64,000 nucleotides of DNA from positions 22,397 to 86,396 of IMG/VR virus record IMGVR_UViG_3300017917_001194. One strand, written 5' to 3'. Both the position numbers and the translations under genes were made by a program. Source of the stretch: a virus. Positions 43,932 through 53,124 of the stretch are shown in pieces (the first letter of the stretch is position 1; each line of letters begins with the position of its first letter). The notes beneath the pieces were generated by a model that was given only the letters and a program-made list of their open reading frames with translations, had not been told where the DNA came from and did not search any database.

Positions 43932-44887
43932 GTTAATAAATCTTGATAATATTTTTTACCAAACTCTCCAGCAAAAAGCATTTCGGCATTCTGCTTTCTT
44001 CTTTGGTATGTAAGTTGATTAAGTTTAAATAAATCTTGACTAAGTAGATCGTTGATGATCTTGTGAACTTTATGAATCCTTAACTTCCAATCTTGTTCAT
44101 GATCGTAATACTTATGGTCAATTATATCGTCAAAGGTATCAACTCCAAGATCGGCAAGTGCTTGAATGGTTCCGGGATTTCCAATTATTAAAAAAAGTTG
44201 TCCACTAGCTATAGGTTTCCAAGTTTTTTCGGTTATAAACACCATTGGCAAAACTGTAGTTTCAGTTACTAAATGAATGTAACTGTCTGTGCATGCTGGA
44301 TGATTGATATCATAGGAACTTGCATATTCGTTTGTATTTGAAAATGTTTCCCATTCTTTTAACATCTCCGGATCTAACATATAATCATCAGCACGTTCTG
44401 GATTTGAAAAAGCGTGACGATTCATTGTAAATACCCAGTTAGAAAAATCAGGATGTTTTCTAAGTATAAGATAATTGTATATTCTATGAAATCTATGATT
44501 AAAATTTAAACTGGATAATCTATGTTTTTTTTCAAAATTATCAATAGATTCTAATTTTTTAAATTGTACATAGCTCTGATAGTACCAGTGAGAATAAAAT
44601 AGTAACCTCGGTCGAGATAAATGATCTGTTATGTTATGTGTAAGGAGAATAAAATTTATACCGTTGGACTCTAATAGGTCATATATTGCCTCGTAGATCA
44701 ATGTACCGTCTCCATAATGCTCACTGCTAAAGTCGGCAATAACTAATCGATCTTTTGGTAGATTTTTTATTTTTTCTTCACTGAGAATCCATTCTGGAAC
44801 ATCAAAAATTGTCCTAGGATCATTAAAATAAAACGTATTTGGAATGTTATTAATTATACCAATTCCATGCGTGTTGTGCGATGTCAT
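43910..44887 (-). CDS. glycosyltransferase-like protein
   Basis: HLVTET, FITEKTWKPI, GVDTFDDIIDH..YD. Confidence 0.55.
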   Translation of the reverse strand: MTSHNTHGIGIINNIPNTFYFNDPRTIFDVPEWILSEEKIKNLPKDRLVIADFSSEHYGDGTLIYEAIYDLLESNGINFILLTHNITDHLSRPRLLFYSHWYYQSYVQFKKLESIDNFEKKHRLSSLNFNHRFHRIYNYLILRKHPDFSNWVFTMNRHAFSNPERADDYMLDPEMLKEWETFSNTNEYASSYDINHPACTDSYIHLVTETTVLPMVFITEKTWKPIASGQLFLIIGNPGTIQALADLGVDTFDDIIDHKYYDHEQDWKLRIHKVHKIINDLLSQDLFKLNQLTYQRRKQNAEMLFAGEFGKKYYQDLLTCINTLN

Positions 44888-45794
44888 GTAATGTGTATTT
44901 TGGTCGCCAATTGGCCATCTGTTCAAATTTAGTTGCATCGGCTGTAAGAGTAGCCGGGTCGCCATCGCGCTTGGGACCAAACTCGATTTGAATAGGCAAG
45001 TGTGTAACACCACGAATAGCATCAACTACTTGTAAATTACTTGCACCTGTTGATGTGCCTAAGTTGTATACACCAGGCAATACCAACAACTTGTTTAGTG
45101 CTAGGATGTGTGCATCAACAATATCACTAACGTGTAAATAATCTCTTACACAGGTGCCATCATCTGTATCGTAATCGTTGCCATTACATACAAAGTGTTT
45201 ACCTAACTTGGCATTTTCAATAATGCGTGGAATGATATGTGTAGCACCTGGCTCTTGCCCATGACGAGCCTGTGGATCTGCACCACACGCATTGAAGTAG
45301 CGGAATGCTACATAATCAAAGTCGTAAGCACGAGCATAAGACTTGAGCATCCATTCAATCATTAACTTGCTTTCGCCATATGGACTGATAGGTTCTGCTG
45401 GGTCAATTTCTTGGCAAGGTGTTATAACAGGATTACCATAAGTAGCCGCACTGGAACTAAAGATTAGTCTTGGGCGATGTTCAAATGCCAACAAGTAATC
45501 GCAAAGTGCTTTGGTCTTAACAAAATTATTGTTATAATATTCTTCTGGATTGGCAATACTAGGACCGACTAAACTTGTACCAGCACAATGTATAATAGCA
45601 TCAACATTCTTTTGTGCCATCCAATTTAATCCAATGTCGCTGGCAAAGTCTGCTTGTAAAAATTTATCTAGCCAATTAAGATTTGTGGACAAAGGTCTAA
45701 GGTCAATACCGTATACTTCGTGACCTTGATCACATAGTTGTAGTACTGTTTGTCCGCCAATATAACCAGCGGCTCCGGTTACTAGCACTTTCAT
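44850..45794 (-). CDS. galE: UDP-glucose 4-epimerase
   Basis: TGAAGYIG, SSSAATYG, YGESK, RYFNACGA, DGTCVRDY.HV. Confidence 0.88.
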   Translation of the reverse strand: MKVLVTGAAGYIGGQTVLQLCDQGHEVYGIDLRPLSTNLNWLDKFLQADFASDIGLNWMAQKNVDAIIHCAGTSLVGPSIANPEEYYNNNFVKTKALCDYLLAFEHRPRLIFSSSAATYGNPVITPCQEIDPAEPISPYGESKLMIEWMLKSYARAYDFDYVAFRYFNACGADPQARHGQEPGATHIIPRIIENAKLGKHFVCNGNDYDTDDGTCVRDYLHVSDIVDAHILALNKLLVLPGVYNLGTSTGASNLQVVDAIRGVTHLPIQIEFGPKRDGDPATLTADATKFEQMANWRPKYTLHDIAQHAWNWYN

Positions 45795-46981
45795 TCGTAC
45801 TTGCTTTCTGCTACATGATCACGATAACGATTACCGGCTCTGTTCCACTGCTCGCCAGCACCAGTCATAATATCAACAATGCGATCAATAGTGCCATCGT
45901 TCCAGGCACTAATCTTGCCCATGTTCCGGTGCGGCTGTTTTAAAAGATTAACCAACTTATGATGTGCGTCATCAATGGACCAGGGTACATAGAGCCTATC
46001 AGGATCATTAGCAAAAGTTTCAGGGAAACTGCGATAAGCAGGATATAGAACGTTGGCACCCAAGGTATCGGCTTCAGAAACAGTATTGGATACCCAGTCC
46101 TGTAATGCACAATTAAATAACACCCGAGAATCATTAAGAAGAGCATAGTATTCGTCTTTCTTGAGGTCCTTATAAATCTTTAACAAGCCACGTGCTTCAA
46201 GTTCCTCTGCACGTTTAAGATACTTAGGATTGTTTGAACGCAGTGGACCACCCGAGAACACAGCAAACTCAACATCTGGATCTTCGTTCCAGGTTGTATG
46301 CCACGCTTCAATTAAGTCCATGAAAAAGTCTGGTTGTTTCTCTTGATCAAAACGTGCGGCAAAACACACACGTTTGGTACGTTCAGCAAACGGTTTAACA
46401 TTGAATGGACCACCCACCCGACCTAGTACTTCTTCCTTACCGAATGCTAGTCCACTGATGTTATAGATAGGAGCAGACCAGTTAGCAATACGCATATGTG
46501 CTACCATCTCTTCGTTAGTGGCAAGTATGCCTGTGACAAACTCATTGACCATTTGCTCATACAAGCTCATCCACTTGGCCATACCCCATACGTGTACAAA
46601 GTCATCTGGATCAATAGCTTGTGCTAGACAACGCACATATACACGTGGACGCTGATTGGCTGGAATCTGATCCATAATATATGGTAATGATTCGATACCT
46701 GGTTGGAACATGTCCTCGAAGTAAACAACATCCTCACCAGTACACTCACCGTTACGCATCATCTGTACCAAGTTCATCATTTGACTCATACCAAAGTAAC
46801 TGCGTCCATGTGCGTCTAACACTTGTCCTACACTAATGCTCTTGGTATTGTCAATAGTTTGACCTGGAACTACAACACAATCAATGCCGCGTCGCTTAAA
46901 CACAGCCTCATTCCATTGTTGTAGCTGAAGGGTATAACGGCCTTCGTATGGTTCGAGGCCCATGTAAAAGAGTTTACGCAT
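45791..46981 (-). CDS. GT-B glycosyltransferase (likely DNA-modification associated)
   Basis: ARFDQEKQP, YY.LL, EA, YRSFPE; next to the DpdL-like gene. Confidence 0.7.
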   Translation of the reverse strand: MRKLFYMGLEPYEGRYTLQLQQWNEAVFKRRGIDCVVVPGQTIDNTKSISVGQVLDAHGRSYFGMSQMMNLVQMMRNGECTGEDVVYFEDMFQPGIESLPYIMDQIPANQRPRVYVRCLAQAIDPDDFVHVWGMAKWMSLYEQMVNEFVTGILATNEEMVAHMRIANWSAPIYNISGLAFGKEEVLGRVGGPFNVKPFAERTKRVCFAARFDQEKQPDFFMDLIEAWHTTWNEDPDVEFAVFSGGPLRSNNPKYLKRAEELEARGLLKIYKDLKKDEYYALLNDSRVLFNCALQDWVSNTVSEADTLGANVLYPAYRSFPETFANDPDRLYVPWSIDDAHHKLVNLLKQPHRNMGKISAWNDGTIDRIVDIMTGAGEQWNRAGNRYRDHVAESKYE

Positions 46982-46982
46982 G

Positions 46983-47204
46983 TTAGCGGTATCCTGAGAA
47001 TCTGCGGGAATCTTCTACCCACATGTTTTTGGCGTTCTTGCCTTGGATGAATTTGTTATACTGTTGCCAAGCATAACTCTTGAAATTGTAGAGATCGCTC
47101 TCGTTGAAACGATAGCCATAATCCACACAGAAGTCCAAGAAACTTTCTAAGTCATTATGAGTTTGAATGGCCTTAGCACTTGGTCGGTAAACTTGCTTAC
47201 CCAT
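46983..47204 (-). CDS. hypothetical protein
   Basis: DLE.FLDFC..YGY.FNE.DLY. Confidence 0.65.
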   Translation of the reverse strand: MGKQVYRPSAKAIQTHNDLESFLDFCVDYGYRFNESDLYNFKSYAWQQYNKFIQGKNAKNMWVEDSRRFSGYR

Positions 47205-47215
47205 TTGATGTTCCC

Positions 47216-47278
47216 TTAAATTTTAATTGAAAGGTTAGGGCGAGAAAGTTCGTATTTAATAAGGCATCCGTTCTCGCC
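47216..47278 (-). pseudogene. orphaned former 3' end of the QueD-like gene
   Basis: encodes GENGCLIKYELSRPNLSIKI*, parallel to NENGAQIEFLQSYPAQSIKV* ending 47942..48385. Confidence 0.7.
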
Positions 47279-47351
47279 ATTCCGGACCGCCTTTGGTAAA
47301 TTGTAATAGTTTGTCTGTGTCATAAATAACAACGATAGAGAGGTTACCACA

Positions 47352-47960
47352 ATGCCTAAATTATTTAACCCTACATACAATGATACTTGTTTTTTCTGCG
47401 GTTGTCAAGCCCATTACATTAGTTTTAATTCCAAACAACTGCGTTGTGTTGAAAAAATTACTCAGTGCCCAGGTTTTGTTAAAAAAGCCGAAGCATCTCG
47501 ACAAAAGAACATTTCTCCAGAACAAAGACATGCTCATATGAAGCGTATGAGTCAAAACGGCAATGCCAAATTGGTTGAGCTTCATAAAGATAAACATTGG
47601 AGAAAACAGAAAAGCGAAAATATTACTAAAAGTAAAGTAAAAAATGGTTCGGCTATTGACCCATCTCTTAAAGACGCTTGGAAACTTTATGAAGATGCTG
47701 TTGACCGAATCACACGCGAAAGTTGGATTTATTATCAAGATATAATTAATCCGGGTGGTTTAATAAGAGGAAAGGAATTTGAACTGGATCATAAGTTTAG
47801 TAAGGCAGAAGGATTTAAAAATAACATACCGCCTGAATTTATCGGGCATCCTGCTAATCTTGAAATGATTAATAGGTCCGAAAACCGTAAAAAATATAAT
47901 ACCTCATCTATCACAATTAACGAATTACACCAACTCATCGGTCAAACTTTGATCGATTGA
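47352..47960 (+). CDS. putative homing endonuclease (DH...HPAN.E family)
   Basis: ELDHKFS..EGF.NNIPPE.IGHPANLEMI...ENRKK; ATAAATA upstream. Confidence 0.72.
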   Translation: MPKLFNPTYNDTCFFCGCQAHYISFNSKQLRCVEKITQCPGFVKKAEASRQKNISPEQRHAHMKRMSQNGNAKLVELHKDKHWRKQKSENITKSKVKNGSAIDPSLKDAWKLYEDAVDRITRESWIYYQDIINPGGLIRGKEFELDHKFSKAEGFKNNIPPEFIGHPANLEMINRSENRKKYNTSSITINELHQLIGQTLID

Positions 47961-48385
47961 GCTGGATAGGATTGTAAAAATTCAATCTGAGCTCCATTCT
48001 CGTTGTCTTCACTGACATCTATTTTAATATCTCGATTTGGGTATTGTTCTGCGATTTGAAGATATAAATCTTCAGCAATCATCTCACAACTCTTAAAATC
48101 AAGATTTAAAATATCATCTTTATACAAGGATTCGACCCAACGTTTAAATTGTATAAATTCAATAGCTCGATCTGAATGTTCAACTTCGATCGCAATTTTA
48201 AAATGAAACATATGCCGGTGGGGGTTAGCTAAGAAACTTACATCATATTCCCCTGCTGTGTTTAACTTTGGATCGGTTGCAGCCGCTGGATATCTATGGA
48301 TGCCTTCGCGGGCAAATGTTACCCAGATCCATCTCTTTGCTTTTTGTTTAATGCGTTCTACTTGTTCACGTTGTTCTTGTATCAT
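47942..48385 (-). CDS. QueD-paralog T-fold protein, DpdL-like
   Basis: LANPHRHMF (LxxxHRHxF), IEFI, SCEM. Confidence 0.7.
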   Translation of the reverse strand: MIQEQREQVERIKQKAKRWIWVTFAREGIHRYPAAATDPKLNTAGEYDVSFLANPHRHMFHFKIAIEVEHSDRAIEFIQFKRWVESLYKDDILNLDFKSCEMIAEDLYLQIAEQYPNRDIKIDVSEDNENGAQIEFLQSYPAQSIKV

Positions 48386-48564
48386 TGTGCTTTAATCATT
48401 CCTGGTGGTGGGTTAGAATTTTGCCATCCTTGTTTCCACCAATATTCTACAATACCGCCGGTCCAAGGGCAAGAGGAAATGGGTTCTCCGCTACGATTGG
48501 CTTCGTAACCTTTTGTCCATTCTCTCATGGCAATCTTTTGATCTGATTCGTATGTGGCTGTCAT
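48382..48564 (-). CDS. small protein with Rmf/CrpP-like motif
   Basis: GYEA...G.....CP.......WW..GW. Confidence 0.5.
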   Translation of the reverse strand: MTATYESDQKIAMREWTKGYEANRSGEPISSCPWTGGIVEYWWKQGWQNSNPPPGMIKAQ

Positions 48565-48830
48565 AGTTTCAAGTTTTCGTATGTGATGATTTTACCGATC
48601 TCTTCTCCGAGATCCTTCCCTTCTACTATAACATGTAGACTACGGTTGTGTCTATCCTTTTGGTGATCATAGTTTTCGGTTTCGATTACAATGCCACCAT
48701 TTGCTTTGAATACTCTAAAATGAAATCCATTTGAATCAATGCTGTTGGACCTAACTGCAACTTCAATTGGGACCGAATCACAATCGTCTTTTAGTGCCCA
48801 TGTACGTAGTTTTCTTTTAAGCCATTTCAT
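48561..48830 (-). CDS. hypothetical protein
   Basis: ORF track, translationally coupled. Confidence 0.65.
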   Translation of the reverse strand: MKWLKRKLRTWALKDDCDSVPIEVAVRSNSIDSNGFHFRVFKANGGIVIETENYDHQKDRHNRSLHVIVEGKDLGEEIGKIITYENLKL

Positions 48831-49272
48831 TTGGTGCCTTTATAGTAATAGTTGAAGAAGTTGTTTCGGTTGCGTATCCGTCGCTTGAGATTGAAGTACT
48901 ACAGTTAATGTTACCTCCGGTGCCCGTGCCTGTACCCCACCATATGCCTGGAAGACCTGGTCCTGTGTGTGGTGCTGTGGTAGGTGGAGTACCTGTATAT
49001 GGATATCCTGGACTATAAGGTGCTGGCGTATATGGATGTTGTTGTGCTATTTGTTGGCGCACCATTTGAATTTCGTTACGCAACGACTGAATTTGAATGG
49101 TCAACTCCATCATCTTATCACGCATCTGTTTAATCGGCCCTGGAGTTCGATTATCATCTACTTTGGTCAACGCAACAATCATCATGAGTTTTCTAAATGT
49201 ATCTTTTACCCTTGGATCATCGCTGGTCATAGCCTGATCCAACATGTCCATTAGTTGTTCTAAATCATCCAT
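48817..49272 (-). CDS. hypothetical protein (coiled coil + Pro/Gly/Thr-rich tail)
   Basis: ORF track. Confidence 0.65.
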   Translation of the reverse strand: MDDLEQLMDMLDQAMTSDDPRVKDTFRKLMMIVALTKVDDNRTPGPIKQMRDKMMELTIQIQSLRNEIQMVRQQIAQQHPYTPAPYSPGYPYTGTPPTTAPHTGPGLPGIWWGTGTGTGGNINCSTSISSDGYATETTSSTITIKAPNEMA

Positions 49273-49784
49273 TATTCTATCTCCTGGTCCTTACTGTATT
49301 TAGACCAATCTGTAAACACTGATCTATTTTGTAAGTCGTGTACGCTGTGACACCACACACCTGGATTAGTTGAGGCAAAGTCTACGTCATCGATCTTTAG
49401 TGTGGCATTATATCCCAACTGATTGATGTGCGGTAATTTAACACTAATCATAGGAATAAAGTTTACATAAGTTGTAAGTTCGGTGTTGGGCAAAAACTTT
49501 GCATGAGAAACATCTATGTCCAGTGTACACAAGTAACCAGCAGATAAACATTCGGCAACCATATCAATCCAATGTTTCCATTCATCTGCTGTGATATATT
49601 GTTGTGGGAAACTTTGATTAGCACCGAAGTAAATATGTTCTACTTCTTCTGTGTCGGCCCAATTTAATATATCTTCTGTAGATTGTATGCCCACAACAAA
49701 CAATGTCTTTTTGCCAAACGCCGGTGTATGTTCTACTTCTTCACCCACAAATGCTAGAGTTTTTTCGTGTCCTGGTCTATCCAT
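49272..49784 (-). CDS. conserved hypothetical protein downstream of the TGT-like gene
   Basis: G.EVEHTPAFG..TLFVVG, HIYFGAN.SF, KIDD.DF...NPGVWC. Confidence 0.7.
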   Translation of the reverse strand: MDRPGHEKTLAFVGEEVEHTPAFGKKTLFVVGIQSTEDILNWADTEEVEHIYFGANQSFPQQYITADEWKHWIDMVAECLSAGYLCTLDIDVSHAKFLPNTELTTYVNFIPMISVKLPHINQLGYNATLKIDDVDFASTNPGVWCHSVHDLQNRSVFTDWSKYSKDQEIE

Positions 49785-51346
49785 TACTTCACCTCTGCTT
49801 CTAATGCATCGAGTTTATCAACTTCGTCAGCAGTAAATTCCTCGCCATGATCTTCGGGTGTGTCATCTACTACGTCAAACAGTGCGTTGAACTGTGGACG
49901 AGCACTGACTGTTTTCTTGCCTTTGAATCCACGTGTGCCGATAATGTCCATCCAATACTTGTTGTAGTGTTCAATGATAGCTTCAGCTTCATCTCTATTG
50001 GGTGTGGCAAAGATGGCATCTACAATATCTTTGAACTTGGCATGGTCGCCATTTTCATACCACATCATGTTAGGCCATGTACCGGAATCATAAGCACGAT
50101 TGGCACGTTGTACTGCTTCTAAGTGTGTCCAAACATTATGACCCATGAGCAAAGCATAACTGAAACTATCCCACGATGTTTTACCTTCTTTACCAATTTT
50201 ATTTAGGTCACCTGGTTTGTACACACAGATATCTTTCATTGTAAACAATCGAGAAATTGGACTTTCATCAAAGTGATTGATTAATCCATCTGCTACTACG
50301 GCTTGTCCATACGGACGGGCGTCTGTGCTATACTTCTTGTCATCCACAATAGGACTCATACGATAACACCATTTGTCATTGTGTGGCAAGTCAATGTGAT
50401 GATATACCTGTCCGTTAGCAGTTGCTAAGAATGGACTAGCACAGTCAAACGAGATAGTAAATGCTGGATTAACATATTTGCGAACAGCACGTTGAATATC
50501 TGTTAACAACACAGCCCACTCTAATTTACTTGTACCCAAGAAGTGCATCCAATCATGAATACCTTCTTGTAACAATCCATCATGACGTAGTGCTACAAGT
50601 CTGCGTAGTACCAAGTGTACATCACACATATTCTGACCACCCATGGCCCATCCATCAAAGTGTGTGTCTGGATACTTAACAGGATCGCAATACTCTTTCA
50701 TAATGTCATACCACTCATCTGCTGAACGATGATTGTCACCTTGTAACACGTTCAAGAACTTGGCACCACCATTATTCTTGCCCTTGCGATGCTTCATGAA
50801 ATAATCATTGTTGAACTTGGTAGCATCTACAGCTTCTTGTAGTGTGGTAATTTGACATTTGGCACTAGCGTTCTTATCGTGAATAACCCAAGTTGGAATA
50901 TCAAGAATCATGCCATAGTCAGCAACACCATCTAGCCACTTCAAGATTGCTTCACGTTTCTTTTGTGCTTTAGGGCAACCACTGTTGGCTTTCCAATCAC
51001 CCTCCCACAAACCCTTGGCAATCTGGAATCCACCTGAGTCACCTAGGATAAATGATCCTGGATCACGATTACGCACCATGTCCTCTGACCAGTCTTGCTT
51101 GGTCAAATCCAAGTTAGCGTGACCACCTGAATATAAACTCCACTTGTACGGAAACAATGCTTTCTGTGGATTAAGCCAGTTCATCATTTCCATGTCTTGA
51201 ATGCCAGCGGGCATACGTGCAGGATCAACGTAAGGACCATTTACTGGATCACGTTGCTTGCCTATGAACGTAGCATAAAAACCACTGATGGCCGGAAGGA
51301 ACACGGCATAATCATTCTGTTTTGCTGTTAAATTATCCTGCGACAT
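49784..51346 (-). CDS. dpdA: tRNA-guanine transglycosylase-like DNA deazaguanine insertion enzyme (DpdA family)
   Basis: DSGGFQ, LDIP, LNVLQG, GWAMGG, HFLGTS, SFDCAS; folE/queD/queE context. Confidence 0.78.
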   Translation of the reverse strand: MSQDNLTAKQNDYAVFLPAISGFYATFIGKQRDPVNGPYVDPARMPAGIQDMEMMNWLNPQKALFPYKWSLYSGGHANLDLTKQDWSEDMVRNRDPGSFILGDSGGFQIAKGLWEGDWKANSGCPKAQKKREAILKWLDGVADYGMILDIPTWVIHDKNASAKCQITTLQEAVDATKFNNDYFMKHRKGKNNGGAKFLNVLQGDNHRSADEWYDIMKEYCDPVKYPDTHFDGWAMGGQNMCDVHLVLRRLVALRHDGLLQEGIHDWMHFLGTSKLEWAVLLTDIQRAVRKYVNPAFTISFDCASPFLATANGQVYHHIDLPHNDKWCYRMSPIVDDKKYSTDARPYGQAVVADGLINHFDESPISRLFTMKDICVYKPGDLNKIGKEGKTSWDSFSYALLMGHNVWTHLEAVQRANRAYDSGTWPNMMWYENGDHAKFKDIVDAIFATPNRDEAEAIIEHYNKYWMDIIGTRGFKGKKTVSARPQFNALFDVVDDTPEDHGEEFTADEVDKLDALEAEVK

Positions 51347-51701
51347 TGTCTTCCTTGACTAATGCTTCTACTATTTTAAGTTGTTCTTCTGCTTGTTTGA
51401 ACTTGTCGTATGCGTCTTTGATAGCAGGATTCTTCTCTGCCATCGCCTTCCAACGACGTTCCTCATCGATCTTTTTACCGGCCCAATCAATAACTTCTTT
51501 GGCATTTGGACTTAAATCAACTGACACATCCGAACCTATGCGATACCAATTGGCTGTGCCATCATACACTTCTAGACAGTGACTCTGTACATTGTATCGA
51601 ACCATACCTGCACTGGGCGTTCCGGGACTGATATAAGGCATACCACCACTTGTAGATTGTACGCCTATATATGTATAGTTGCCGTTTATAGAGTTAATCA
51701 T
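51333..51701 (-). CDS. hypothetical protein
   Basis: G.VRYN...LEVYDG..W motif. Confidence 0.65.
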   Translation of the reverse strand: MINSINGNYTYIGVQSTSGGMPYISPGTPSAGMVRYNVQSHCLEVYDGTANWYRIGSDVSVDLSPNAKEVIDWAGKKIDEERRWKAMAEKNPAIKDAYDKFKQAEEQLKIVEALVKEDNVAG

Positions 51702-52372
51702 TTAATCACCTGTGCTATTAAATTGTAATCCATACTGTATGCATCAAGGATTCTCTGTTTAAGTTCTGGTTGTTCATTTATCCTGCTATATAAAAAGTTT
51801 TTAATTATTTTAGAATCTTGATTTAGATTGCTATCATTACGATCAAGTTGTCCTTCTGAAACAAAACTTAATTTTAGATGATCAGATACTTTATTGTCAA
51901 CATTTGAATCACCTATATAAAAATAAACTCGTGGCGTATTTGGTAACAACTCTTCAACAAATTTATATTGTGGATACACATGATCGTCAAAAGATTCTAA
52001 GTTATCAAAAATTAATCTTTCGGTTAACCATGTATAGTTGTTTACAAAATCCTCGCCAGTTTTTCTTTGGAAGTTTGGGCCTGGGCCAAATTTTATGTTA
52101 AAAAAACTACTAGCATTTAATATCCAACTTAGTGCGTACTGAGCAAAACCGGATACCCATCTGTCTAACGGATCTCTTAATATTATTATTAATTCATTAA
52201 TGCGTTCAGCATTAAGATTGTTAATATTTGCGGCGGACCAGCCGTTTGCATTTAACCAACTGGAATAATAAGAGCTGGCATTTTTAGGAATGTTAACCAT
52301 AAACTTTGTATGATCTTGATTAACATTCCCCGATCCAGGAGTATACCCACGACGTATTAAATGCTCACTCAC
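51698..52372 (-). CDS. sulfotransferase-like protein
   Basis: IPKNASS, RDPLDRWVSG, D.H..PQ, Y..DY.L. Confidence 0.65.
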   Translation of the reverse strand: MSEHLIRRGYTPGSGNVNQDHTKFMVNIPKNASSYYSSWLNANGWSAANINNLNAERINELIIILRDPLDRWVSGFAQYALSWILNASSFFNIKFGPGPNFQRKTGEDFVNNYTWLTERLIFDNLESFDDHVYPQYKFVEELLPNTPRVYFYIGDSNVDNKVSDHLKLSFVSEGQLDRNDSNLNQDSKIIKNFLYSRINEQPELKQRILDAYSMDYNLIAQVIK

Positions 52373-53091
52373 TTACTTTGTGCTGGAAGAATATAGTTAT
52401 AAGTTGCCAAGCCAGAGTTAACTGTAATTTGTGCGGCACCATCATCACTAATCTTAAATGACTTGTCACCTGTTAAATCCAAGATGCTAATAACAGTCTT
52501 GATTGGCCATGCCCATGAACGCTTGAGTACACCTTGTACACTTGGTTGAAATACAAAGTTACCTGCGTGGGTGGAGTGATCACCAAAGAAGAACTTCAAA
52601 TCACCATTGTCTGTTTTTGCTTGGAATGTTACTTCCTCTGCGTTAGCACTTGCCTGCATCTTCAAACGCTGAATAGCCGCTTGTGTTGGCTCAAAGTCAA
52701 TGTGCCAGTTAACACCTTTGAACTTAACTGTTTTAAGTTTTTCGTTGACAATCTCACTTGCCATAAAGCGATAGTTATTCTTAAAGTCACCTGTGGCATT
52801 TTCAAAGTTAATGCCATCTGGTGCACCTGTGTCTTTGCGTGTGATGCTTAGTTTAGCATTCTCTTTATACTCTTGAATGTTCAACAAGATACTAAGTTTA
52901 CCCAAGTTAGGCATACCAAAGTTACCAACAAAGTCTGCTACTGGAGCGGCAAACTTGCCCTCCAATACAACTGAACGGTCTTCTGCGATGCCCGCAATAA
53001 TTGTTTCGTTAGCATCGCCTGTAATTTTTACAAGGTCAATACAGCCTAATTTGTATGTGTGTTCTACTAAGTCTAATAAATGATCTCTCAT
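52369..53091 (-). CDS. putative DNA polymerase sliding clamp (gp45-like)
   Basis: 240 aa ending YNYILPA; near the polymerase, whose C-terminus FQTLFEW is a clamp-binding-like motif. Confidence 0.65.
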   Translation of the reverse strand: MRDHLLDLVEHTYKLGCIDLVKITGDANETIIAGIAEDRSVVLEGKFAAPVADFVGNFGMPNLGKLSILLNIQEYKENAKLSITRKDTGAPDGINFENATGDFKNNYRFMASEIVNEKLKTVKFKGVNWHIDFEPTQAAIQRLKMQASANAEEVTFQAKTDNGDLKFFFGDHSTHAGNFVFQPSVQGVLKRSWAWPIKTVISILDLTGDKSFKISDDGAAQITVNSGLATYNYILPAQSK

Positions 53092-53124
53092 GTGTTTCTC
53101 CTATGATGTTTGATTATACTGGGG

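Noticed and set aside
43910-45025. ORF-track 5' extension deep into galE
   Set aside because: A later start (44887 or downstream) avoids a long overlap; exact start uncertain.
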